Origin: Patescibacteria group bacterium
GTDB taxonomy: Bacteria > Patescibacteriota > Minisyncoccia > Phycocordibacterales > JACOZG01
Assembly (NCBI GenBank): GCA_038064435.1
Contig: JBBTTC010000003.1
Span: 9,205 to 73,204 of the forward strand
Length of the DNA stretch: 64,000 bases
Direction of reading: 5' to 3'
Below are positions 18,726 to 26,887 of the stretch, piece after piece. Each line of letters opens with the position of its first letter. The stretch's first letter is position 1. Both the position numbers and the translations under genes were made by a program. The notes under the pieces were generated by a model. The model saw only the letters and a program-made list of their open reading frames with translations, was not told the origin of the DNA and ran no database searches.

Positions 18726-19751
18726 TTAATTCCCCGCTTCTACCTCCGACCACGGAGTGGAAACTTGCGGGGCGGAAATTTCCGCCGGTTGATTATAGCT
18801 AGCGGCTGACCAATCAAGTTCGTATTTACCGTTTAGTTGATAATCTGGCTGGTCAGGTAAACCCTTAAATAAGCCGGTGAGAGAAAAACGGTAGGGTAGG
18901 TGATCTTTTTGGCCAATCCAAATCTCGCCCGACGGTAAAGAAATTTGCCCCAGCAATGTTTTAAATTCCTCAACTTCCTCCGGGGCCAAAGCACCCTGCT
19001 GACCAAGGGCAGCAGCTAAACCATCCACCCACCTTTGCCACGACTCACGATTAACCTCAATTTGAAAATGATGGGCCGATACACCCTCGATTTTCCCGCC
19101 CGGCAGGCGCGCACCAGCGCGCAATAATTCCGTTAGCTTAATATTACCCAAGGCCTGTGGCAAAGCAACGGCAATGGGATCAAGCTTAATCCAACCAACA
19201 TCAAGAGCCCGATTCAAAACTAACCAGTTATTTTCTGGCCAGCGCTTAAGACGAAAATAAGAATCGGCGCCCAACAAACGGTACTCGACCTCAGCCGTGA
19301 TGGACGACGAAGTAGCCGCAACCAAGTCACCAAATGGTAGACCAAATGTTTCCAATTCCACCACTCCGGAATGTCGATCAGGGTAAACTGTGTTAAAGCT
19401 GGCTCGCAAGGCAAGCAAAAGGTTGTCCACCGAGCCAGCGGCGGCGGCCAATCGATCATTTTTACCCACCGCCTCAACGCGCAACTCAAGCTTGGACTGC
19501 CGTGCCGTTAGCTGACTCTCGGCCGCGGCCATTTTGACCATCACGGCCTCCGGCGCCTGCCATAGGGGCTCGAAATAGAAAAAATAGGCCGCGGCACTAA
19601 TCCCCGCCACTAAAAATAAAAACAATACAAAAAATATCCAGCCACCGCCGGGGGCCGGCTTGGCCGCGGCACTAGCGTTCTCAGCCGCGCGCATCAGTTC
19701 ATCAAGTGACGGACTAGGATTGGGAGCTGGCTTAGGTGCATCTTCAAGCAT
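18726..19751 (-). CDS. Membrane-anchored hypothetical protein (Pro/Ala-rich N-terminus, one TM)
   Basis: 341-aa ORF; 3' end abuts tRNA-Ser. Confidence 0.45.
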   Translation of the reverse strand: MLEDAPKPAPNPSPSLDELMRAAENASAAAKPAPGGGWIFFVLFLFLVAGISAAAYFFYFEPLWQAPEAVMVKMAAAESQLTARQSKLELRVEAVGKNDRLAAAAGSVDNLLLALRASFNTVYPDRHSGVVELETFGLPFGDLVAATSSSITAEVEYRLLGADSYFRLKRWPENNWLVLNRALDVGWIKLDPIAVALPQALGNIKLTELLRAGARLPGGKIEGVSAHHFQIEVNRESWQRWVDGLAAALGQQGALAPEEVEEFKTLLGQISLPSGEIWIGQKDHLPYRFSLTGLFKGLPDQPDYQLNGKYELDWSAASYNQPAEISAPQVSTPWSEVEAGN

Positions 19752-19762
19752 AACTACTTCTA

Positions 19763-20254
19763 TTGTATAATGGATGCAAATTAATGACCACGCCGGAAGT
19801 GTTAATTAGTTGGCAAACACACGAGTACCATCATCGACCGCGGTCGAGCCGATGGTTCCTCGTTGTTGGCGGCCTTGCGGCCGCCCTCACCGTTGGTGCC
19901 CTGTGGTTCAATAATTTTTTGCTGGCCATTATTTTGGTCGTGGGCACCATCACGCTATTTATTTACAGCCAGCGCCAGCCCGAGGAAATCACCTGCGCCA
20001 TCACCACTGGCGGCGTGCTGATTAAAGACAAACTCTATCCTTTTTACTCGCTTCAATCATTCTGGCTCCACCACGGGCCGGTGGCGCCGCAAGTCAGTCT
20101 CAAATCGGATCGAGTGTTTTTTCCGAAAATTATTTTACCCGTCAGTGCTACGGTGGAATTGGAAGAATTGCGCGAGCATTTGCTTGCCTTTCTCGACGAA
20201 GACAGGCATGATGTGACATTGCTTGAGGCCCTGGCCGACTATTTAATTCACTAG
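19763..20254 (+). CDS. Hypothetical membrane protein
   Basis: 163 aa, two TM helices. Confidence 0.4.
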   Translation: MYNGCKLMTTPEVLISWQTHEYHHRPRSSRWFLVVGGLAAALTVGALWFNNFLLAIILVVGTITLFIYSQRQPEEITCAITTGGVLIKDKLYPFYSLQSFWLHHGPVAPQVSLKSDRVFFPKIILPVSATVELEELREHLLAFLDEDRHDVTLLEALADYLIH

Positions 20255-20257
20255 CTT

Positions 20258-20329
20258 GTCCCCGTAGTTCAACGGATAGAATATGAGCTTGCGGAGCTCA
20301 CGATCGAGGTTCGATTCCTCGCGGGGACA
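20258..20329 (+). tRNA. tRNA-Arg (anticodon GCG, unusual)
   Basis: GTCCCCGTAGTTCAACGGATAGAATATGAGCTTGCGGAGCTCACGATCGAGGTTCGATTCCTCGCGGGGACA; anticodon loop TTGCGGA; short variable loop (4 nt). Confidence 0.6.
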
Positions 20330-20338
20330 CAACGAAAT

Positions 20339-20581
20339 TTACTTAGTTTTAACCACCAACCGCGCTAGTTGCGACTTGCGCCGGGCGGCAGTGCCGGCCT
20401 TGAGAACGCCGCGTTTAACGGCCTTGTCGATGGCCTGATAGGCTTGAGACAAAGTTGCCACACTAGGCGTTTGCTTGGCGGCACGCGCGGCTACACGCAT
20501 CGCTTCTTTGCGATGTAAATTAAAAACACGGCGCCGCTTGGCCACCCGCAGAGCTTTAATCGCTGATTTAGTAATCGGCAT
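20339..20581 (-). CDS. rpsT: 30S ribosomal protein S20
   Basis: MPITKSAIKALRVAKRRRVFNLHRKEAMRVAARAAK...IDKAVKRGVLKAGTAARRKSQLARLV typical S20. Confidence 0.85.
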   Translation of the reverse strand: MPITKSAIKALRVAKRRRVFNLHRKEAMRVAARAAKQTPSVATLSQAYQAIDKAVKRGVLKAGTAARRKSQLARLVVKTK

Positions 20582-20644
20582 AATTAACGGGCTAAGACTA
20601 GCATCAATTTGGCGGTGAGGCAAATTTAGTTATAGAATGGCGAC

Positions 20645-21226
20645 ATGATTGCCCGACTCCATGGCCAAATAGCTTGGCGGGATGATAAAACTGTTATCCT
20701 CGACGTAGCAGGCGTTGGTTATCGCGTTCACCTGTCCACTAGCGGCCAGGCCGCCGTGACTAATCAAGAAACCGTAACCTTGTGGACCTATCTGGCCGTG
20801 CGCGAGAACGCCCTTGATCTCTTTGGCTCGCCCGACAAGGCCGAGATTGATTTCCTGGAACTGCTGATTACTGTGCCGGGCATCGGCCCCAAAAGCGCTC
20901 TAGCTATTTTGTCTTTGGCACCGCCGGCCACATTGCGCCGAGCCGTGTTAGAAGAAAATGTCAGCTACCTAACCCAAGTCTCCGGCATCGGCCGCAAAAG
21001 CGCCGAAAAAATCATTGTTAACTTAAAAGACAAGGTGGGAGTGGGCGCACTGGAACAAACCGGCGAACTGGGCGCCACCGGCGACCTCTTAGCCGCCCTG
21101 CAGGCGCTCGGCTACACCCTAGTCGAAGCTCGGACAGCAATTAAGAATTTGCCGGCCGGACTGGACGACGATCGGGCTCGCCTACGTGAAGCACTAAAAA
21201 TTCTTGGTCGACCGGCAAAATCGTGA
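20645..21226 (+). CDS. ruvA: Holliday junction DNA helicase subunit RuvA
   Basis: MIARLHGQIAWRDDKTVILDVAGVGYRVHLS...LITVPGIGPKSALAILS (HhH motifs). Confidence 0.85.
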   Translation: MIARLHGQIAWRDDKTVILDVAGVGYRVHLSTSGQAAVTNQETVTLWTYLAVRENALDLFGSPDKAEIDFLELLITVPGIGPKSALAILSLAPPATLRRAVLEENVSYLTQVSGIGRKSAEKIIVNLKDKVGVGALEQTGELGATGDLLAALQALGYTLVEARTAIKNLPAGLDDDRARLREALKILGRPAKS

Positions 21227-22443
21227 TCACTTTTCTTAAAAAAATTATCCCGACTGACCTGTTTCGTTGGCTCCAGCCTATTTATCACTATAAACTGGCC
21301 CTGCTTGGCGCGTTGATTTATCGCTTCCCGTCTCGCCAGCTGTATGTTATCGGCGTTACCGGCACTAAAGGCAAAAGCTCGGTGGTAGAAATGATCAATG
21401 CCCTACTGGAGACTGCCGGCCGGCGCACGGCCGCGGCTTCGACTATTCGTTTTAAAATCGGCCCGGCCAGCCAACGCAATTTGTATAAAATGACTATGCC
21501 CGGCCGACTAGTACTCCAACGTTTTCTCCGCCAAGCAGTGACGACCAGCTGTACTCACGCCATTATTGAAATGACCTCCGAAGGTGCGCGGCAATTTCGC
21601 CACCGTTTTATTGATCTTGATGCGTTAATTTTTACCAATTTATCACCCGAGCATATTGAATCACATGGTTCAGTGGAAAAATATCTGGCCGCCAAATTGA
21701 GTTTAGCCCGAGCGTTGGCCAGTTCACCCAAAACCAATAAATTGCTGATAGTTAATGCTGATGATGCTGTGAGTGAAAAATTTGTCGCCACGGCTGGGCC
21801 AAAGGTGAAAGTAATAAAATTTTATCCGTCTCGCGACAATGAGCAAATTGCCTCTCCCCTGCCTGGTGACTTTAATCGCGCCAACTGGCTAGCGGCTCTA
21901 GCGCTCGGACGAGAATTAAGTGTAACCAATGATGCCACCCGAGCGGCGATAAAAAAACTGACCGTCATCCCCGGCCGGGTGGAAGAAGTAGTAGCGCAAC
22001 CATTTCGCGTTATTGTTGACTACGCCCACACCGTTGATTCACTAACCAAACTCTACCAAGCCTTCGCCGATCAGCGAAAAATTTGCGTTTTGGGCGGTAC
22101 CGGCGGCGGGCGTGATCGCTGGAAGCGGCCGCTGATGGGTCAGCTAGCCAGCGCTCATTGTGACCGCGTAATTTTTACCAACGAGGATCCGTACGATGAA
22201 GATCCGGTGGCCATCGTGGCTGAAGTGGCGGCCGGCGCCGAGCGCACTAACCACGAAACCATCCTCGACCGCCGCGCCGCCATCGCCCGCGCCATTACCC
22301 TCGCCCAGCCGGGCGACGTGGTTTTAATCACTGGCAAAGGCACGGACCCCTACATCATGGCAGCCCAAGGCCAAAAAATACCGTGGGATGACGTCCGCGT
22401 CGCCCGCGAAGAACTAACCCATGCCCGAACTGCCGGAAGTTGA
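21223..22443 (+). CDS. Mur ligase family protein (MurE/MurT-like)
   Basis: P-loop VIGVTGTKGKSS, Mur ligase middle-domain DxDALIFTNLSPEHIESHGS, C-terminal domain. Confidence 0.55.
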   Translation: MITFLKKIIPTDLFRWLQPIYHYKLALLGALIYRFPSRQLYVIGVTGTKGKSSVVEMINALLETAGRRTAAASTIRFKIGPASQRNLYKMTMPGRLVLQRFLRQAVTTSCTHAIIEMTSEGARQFRHRFIDLDALIFTNLSPEHIESHGSVEKYLAAKLSLARALASSPKTNKLLIVNADDAVSEKFVATAGPKVKVIKFYPSRDNEQIASPLPGDFNRANWLAALALGRELSVTNDATRAAIKKLTVIPGRVEEVVAQPFRVIVDYAHTVDSLTKLYQAFADQRKICVLGGTGGGRDRWKRPLMGQLASAHCDRVIFTNEDPYDEDPVAIVAEVAAGAERTNHETILDRRAAIARAITLAQPGDVVLITGKGTDPYIMAAQGQKIPWDDVRVAREELTHARTAGS

Positions 22444-23284
22444 AACAATTAGGCGCGAGTTGAAACCGGTTATTATCGGCCGGCGAATCGAGCGAGTCAA
22501 AGTACTCTGGCCAAAAACTGTGGCGCCAACTTCAGCGCGCCGCTTCCAAACTAGCTTACGCGGCCAAACCGTCACCGGCCTGGGGCGGCGCGCCAAAATT
22601 TTATTAATCAAACTGGCTAACAATCTAACTCTAACCATTCATCTCAAAATGACCGGCCAATTAATTTACCGCCACAGCGAATATCAAATCGTCGGCGGTC
22701 ATCCACAGGCCGGCGGCGCCGACAATTTACCCAATCGTTTTACTCGTCTGGTATTAGATTTTGATAATCGCGGTCAACTGTTTTTCAACGACGCGCGCAA
22801 ATTTGGCTGGAGCCGACTACTCACTGGCGCTGACCAAGCCGAGCTAATCAGGCATTTTGGCCCCGAGCCACTGACACGAGATTTTAGCCAGAATTATCTG
22901 GCCCAATTAGCGGCCCGCTACCCCCGCCGGCCAATCAAGGCCCTACTGCTGGATCAAACATTAATCGCCGGCCTCGGCAACATTTACGCCGACGAAAGCT
23001 GTTTTCGCGCCGGCCTGCAGCCGGCGCGGCTGGCCGGCAGTTTAAAACCAGCAAACACTGCTCGCCTGCATCAAGCCATTCAACAAATATTAAAACTGGC
23101 TATCAGCAAAAAAGGCACATCGGCGCGTGACTATCGTCGGCCCAACGGTCAACAGGGTAATTTTGCCGACCTGCTTCAAGTGTATGGTCGAGGTGGAAAA
23201 CCCTGCTTGGTCTGCCGCCAAATCGTCATCAAAAATCGTCTGGTTAGACGCGGCACCCACTCCTGCCCAAGATGCCAACACTAA
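22421..23284 (+). CDS. mutM: Formamidopyrimidine-DNA glycosylase (Fpg/MutM)
   Basis: N-terminal MPELPEVETIRR, H2TH region, C-terminal zinc finger CLVCRQ...CPRCQ. Confidence 0.85.
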   Translation: MPELPEVETIRRELKPVIIGRRIERVKVLWPKTVAPTSARRFQTSLRGQTVTGLGRRAKILLIKLANNLTLTIHLKMTGQLIYRHSEYQIVGGHPQAGGADNLPNRFTRLVLDFDNRGQLFFNDARKFGWSRLLTGADQAELIRHFGPEPLTRDFSQNYLAQLAARYPRRPIKALLLDQTLIAGLGNIYADESCFRAGLQPARLAGSLKPANTARLHQAIQQILKLAISKKGTSARDYRRPNGQQGNFADLLQVYGRGGKPCLVCRQIVIKNRLVRRGTHSCPRCQH

Positions 23285-23767
23285 TTAGCGATCAAACCAG
23301 CGAAATAAGGCCACCGCCGTGGCCACCACCACATTAAGTGACTCCTTACCACCGCGCATTGGAATTTCTACTATCGTATCGCATTGCTTCAAGATGGCCG
23401 GATCAACGCCTCGTAACTCGTTGCCAATAATTAATGCCGCGCGCTCGGTCGGGAGAAATTTTTTGTAATCAACTGAACGCGCGCTCTGTTCGAGAGCCAC
23501 CAGTTGATAACCGTCGCGACGCAAAGTGGCGAAGAGTGATCCAGGACGCGTGAGCCCCGACCAGGTCACCAGCCGCTCGGCCCCCAAAGCGGTTTTGGCT
23601 ACTTTTTTATTGATCCGCCCATAGCGATCAATGGGTCGCGGCGTGTAGCCGGTCAAAAATATTTTTTCCGCCCCAATGGCGTCAGCTAAGCGAAAAATTG
23701 CCCCAACATTATGCGCGCCTCGGAGGTTATGTAGAATCAAACAAAATTTTTTTGTCTTTGTAACCAT
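23285..23767 (-). CDS. SpoU/TrmH-family RNA 2'-O-methyltransferase
   Basis: HNVGAIFRLADAIGAEKIFL...LIIGNELRGV...EIPMRGGKESLNVVVATAVALF SPOUT motifs. Confidence 0.75.
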   Translation of the reverse strand: MVTKTKKFCLILHNLRGAHNVGAIFRLADAIGAEKIFLTGYTPRPIDRYGRINKKVAKTALGAERLVTWSGLTRPGSLFATLRRDGYQLVALEQSARSVDYKKFLPTERAALIIGNELRGVDPAILKQCDTIVEIPMRGGKESLNVVVATAVALFRWFDR

Positions 23768-23787
23768 AGCTGTGCTAGGATAGCAAG

Positions 23788-24111
23788 ATGCTAAATCCTT
23801 GGCCAGAGCTTCTGACTTTTGGACTAGTGGCTCCCCTTGGGCTACGTTTAGTGGCCGGCTTGGTCTTTGTTAATAGTGGCTGGCAACAAATTAAAACGTC
23901 TAATGAAAAATTAATTGGTCTCTGCAAACTGCTGGGTGGCGGCCTGATTACACTCGGCCTGTTCACCCAACCGGCAGCGGCCCTTTTGGGTTTATGGTCG
24001 CTCCGCGACTGGAAAACAAAAAGAGGGTCGCAGTACCCGCTACTGGCGGCCATCTGTCTGTCTCTGCTTTTCTCCGGTGCCGGTTTTTTTGCCTTCGATT
24101 GGCCGTTGTAA
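23788..24111 (+). CDS. DoxX-family small membrane protein
   Basis: 107 aa, 3-4 TM helices, RLVAGLVFVNSGWQ DoxX-like; opposite-strand ORF 23775..24134 judged shadow. Confidence 0.5.
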   Translation: MLNPWPELLTFGLVAPLGLRLVAGLVFVNSGWQQIKTSNEKLIGLCKLLGGGLITLGLFTQPAAALLGLWSLRDWKTKRGSQYPLLAAICLSLLFSGAGFFAFDWPL

Positions 24112-24126
24112 ATTAAATTTAATATT

Positions 24127-24199
24127 GCGCCCATAGCTCAGTTGGTAGAGCAGCTGCCTTTTAAGCAGACGGTCGCAGGTTCAACTCCTGCTGGGCGCA
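24127..24199 (+). tRNA. tRNA-Lys (anticodon TTT)
   Basis: GCGCCCATAGCTCAGTTGGTAGAGCAGCTGCCTTTTAAGCAGACGGTCGCAGGTTCAACTCCTGCTGGGCGCA; anticodon loop CTTTTAA. Confidence 0.8.
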
Positions 24200-24203
24200 C
24201 ACC

Positions 24204-24881
24204 CTACAACTCTAACACCCACCGCTCAAGGGCTAAATCAAGATCGCGGCGACCGAGATGTGCTTCGTGGTAAAGTTTAACCAGCTCCCACGACAAACTC
24301 TGCAATTCGTCGGCGCGGTAATGCGCCGCACCACCACGCGCCTTGTCCAAAACAAACGGTTTCAAGCTGGCCGGCGCCAGCGGCGAAGTTTTTACCAACA
24401 ACATATTTTTTATCGGCCAAAATAATTTCCAAAAAATTTCCTCCGGTTGGAGACCGGCCGCGCGCGCGGCTAAGAGTTCCAACCACAAGCCCCGCCGATC
24501 GCGGCGCAAGCAAGCATCCGCTAGCGCGAAAATATTAAAATTATTTTTCGCCGCCGGCCGCGGTTTTGCTTCCACTATCCGGCCGGCAACATCTTTGATT
24601 TGACGCACGAGCTCGGCCGAGGGTGAATCTTCGCGCCAGACAAAACGATGAGGTGAAGCGGCCATGGTAGACAAATGGTTGACCACCGTCTCTAGAGCCA
24701 AGGGCGTCGACGCAATCTCCTCCAACACCACTAGTCGTGGCCGCGACCACAAATCGCCACCCACTATCGCCTGCTCTAAATCCAATAATGAAATATCGGG
24801 GCCGCGAAAACGAAAAATTTCACCGCTGAAGTTTTCTTCTGTCTGACTAATGGCCTGACCGCCGCACCATAGTTCGATCAT
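24204..24881 (-). CDS. holA: DNA polymerase III delta subunit (HolA)-like, short
   Basis: 225 aa; C-terminal helical domain pattern LWLELLAARAAGLQPEEIFWKLFWPIKNMLLVK; weak. Confidence 0.45.
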   Translation of the reverse strand: MIELWCGGQAISQTEENFSGEIFRFRGPDISLLDLEQAIVGGDLWSRPRLVVLEEIASTPLALETVVNHLSTMAASPHRFVWREDSPSAELVRQIKDVAGRIVEAKPRPAAKNNFNIFALADACLRRDRRGLWLELLAARAAGLQPEEIFWKLFWPIKNMLLVKTSPLAPASLKPFVLDKARGGAAHYRADELQSLSWELVKLYHEAHLGRRDLDLALERWVLEL

Positions 24882-25660
24882 AAATCTAATATTAAGCCCA
24901 CCGGCGCATGATCCGAGCCCAACACATCACTTAAAATAAAAGCATCGCGAACTTTGGGCACTAGGTCGGCACTGACAAAAAAATAATCAATCCGCCAACC
25001 AACGTTGCGATCACGAGCCCGTGTCTTCTGGTCCCACCAACTATAGTGGTCACCGCCAGTTTGAAATAAACGAAAAGTGTCGACGAAACCAACGGCCACA
25101 AATCGATCGAGCCACTGCCGTTCCGCGAGCAAAAAGCCGGAAGTGTTAGCATTTTCTTTCGGACGAGCCAGATCAATTTCCTTATGCGCCGTGTTAACGT
25201 CACCGGCAAAAATCACCTGCCGGCCAGAGCGCCGTAGATCACCAAGATAATCAAGGAACTGTTGATAAAAATCTAGTTTGTATTTAAGTCGCGCCGGGCC
25301 CGATCCGCCATTGGGAAAATAAATATTGAGGAAAATAAAATCACCATAATCCAGTTCGAGCATGCGCCCTTCGCGCGCCAAAATATCATAACGGCCAAAA
25401 GTGGTACTCACTCGCGCGGGCACCGGACGGCTGTACACAACCACTCCGCTATAGCCTCTCTTTTCGCTGGCATAATCCCAAGACGAGCGGTAACCATCAG
25501 GTTGGATCAATTCCGCACTCAGCTTGGTATCGCGCGAAACCTTGGTTTCTTGCAAAGCCACCACATCATACTTTTCCCGACCTAACCACGCCACAAAACC
25601 CTTCTTCTCGATCGCTCGTAAACCATTAACGTTCCAGGAAACTAGTCGCCATTGGCCCAT
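24878..25660 (-). CDS. xth: Exodeoxyribonuclease III (Xth/APE family)
   Basis: WNVNGLRA...VVALQETK...FAGDVNTAHKEIDL...GSDHAPV. Confidence 0.85.
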   Translation of the reverse strand: MGQWRLVSWNVNGLRAIEKKGFVAWLGREKYDVVALQETKVSRDTKLSAELIQPDGYRSSWDYASEKRGYSGVVVYSRPVPARVSTTFGRYDILAREGRMLELDYGDFIFLNIYFPNGGSGPARLKYKLDFYQQFLDYLGDLRRSGRQVIFAGDVNTAHKEIDLARPKENANTSGFLLAERQWLDRFVAVGFVDTFRLFQTGGDHYSWWDQKTRARDRNVGWRIDYFFVSADLVPKVRDAFILSDVLGSDHAPVGLILDL

Positions 25661-25719
25661 GGCGTGATTATAACAAAAACCCCCGCCGTGGCGGGGGGTT
25701 TTTATCTAGAGAAATGATC

Positions 25720-25959
25720 TTACTGTTGCGGCACCTCAACACCCACACCGGCATCAACACCAGCTGAAGCGGCGGGCAAAGTCTCGGCCGGCACAGCGGC
25801 TGTTGGCGCAGCCGGAGCCATCGGCAAACCCAATTCATCATTGGTCGGGGTTGGGCCCGTATTGCCATCCGAAGCGGGTGCCTCATCTTTGTTGCCCAAC
25901 CAAGCAAAACCAATCACCAGCAAAATGACGATGATGATAAAAATTACAAAACCTTTCAT
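25720..25959 (-). CDS. Small secreted/membrane protein, Ala/Pro-rich tail
   Basis: 79 aa, N-terminal TM. Confidence 0.35.
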   Translation of the reverse strand: MKGFVIFIIIVILLVIGFAWLGNKDEAPASDGNTGPTPTNDELGLPMAPAAPTAAVPAETLPAASAGVDAGVGVEVPQQ

Positions 25960-26028
25960 GATATTCTGACAACTAATTCTGGTAAGCCCTCGACCTTTAT
26001 CATTAAGCTGGATTTGATAATAAAGATA

Positions 26029-26817
26029 TCACGACCATAAATCAAGTTGGCCGGATGATTTTGCTGGGGATAAGGCGACACCCACGGCCCGGCGATAAGC
26101 GCAAAAATCACAATCGGCTGCGGCGGCAGGCGGAACCGCGGCCTCAAGACAGCGACGTGCCGCGCCAAGCGTCACCTCAATCCAATCACGACTGCCAGCA
26201 TGAGAAATAATCTTCACCCTAAACTCCAACCGACCATCAAGCGCCTCGCGGTCACGGCGACCGTTGAGATAAACAAAGTAGGCGGCCGGCGCCACCGCGT
26301 GACCATTGCGCTCCAGCAACCATTGATAAAATTCCACCTGTCGCTTGTAGCCGTTCTGCCACTCAGCATCGAGCGTTACCTCCTCGTCTTTACTCGTGGC
26401 CTTATAATCCACCACCAAAAGTTCTCCGGCCAAATTGACCCATATGTCGTCCACTGCCCCCGTTAGAATAAAATTGGTTGGCGTATGATGCCAACGGATG
26501 CCTTCAAAGTTCTCGCGCCAGCGATCGAGGTCGGGATGGACAAAAGGCACGGCCGCGATTTTGTGTTCCACCATCCACGGGTGTGGCTGGCCCAAACTGC
26601 GGTAATGATCGAACTCTTTTTTGAGAAGAAAATCAACGGCTGAGTTGAGATTGAGTGGGAAACCGGGCGGCGTACCCACACCCAAACGCCGATCGAGATA
26701 AAAACAAAATGGGCACTTGAGAAACAGGTCTACTTTTGAACGGCTCAAGCGAAACGGCTCCACTGAGTCGGGGTTGAAAAGCTGGCGTTGCCGCTGAGGA
26801 CGATAATAATCAGACAT
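26029..26817 (-). CDS. PD-(D/E)XK nuclease family protein, Cas4/RecB-like (DUF83) with 4-Cys cluster; stand-alone
   Basis: N-terminal LKCPFCFYL Cys, catalytic LVVDYKATSKDE (D-EXK), C-terminal CDFCAY Cys triad, the Cas4/AddB-type Fe-S arrangement. No CRISPR nearby. Confidence 0.65.
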   Translation of the reverse strand: MSDYYRPQRQRQLFNPDSVEPFRLSRSKVDLFLKCPFCFYLDRRLGVGTPPGFPLNLNSAVDFLLKKEFDHYRSLGQPHPWMVEHKIAAVPFVHPDLDRWRENFEGIRWHHTPTNFILTGAVDDIWVNLAGELLVVDYKATSKDEEVTLDAEWQNGYKRQVEFYQWLLERNGHAVAPAAYFVYLNGRRDREALDGRLEFRVKIISHAGSRDWIEVTLGAARRCLEAAVPPAAAADCDFCAYRRAVGVALSPAKSSGQLDLWS

Positions 26818-26887
26818 GAAAATAATTCTAACAAAAATTCACCTGCTCTTCATCATTATATTCAGCGCCGTCCCCGAAGATTAAAAG

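Noticed and set aside
23775-24134. Minus-strand ORF 23775..24134 (119 aa)
   Set aside because: It overlaps the DoxX-like +strand ORF, which has a clear multi-TM membrane pattern; the minus-strand frame is Pro/Ser/Arg-rich low-complexity.
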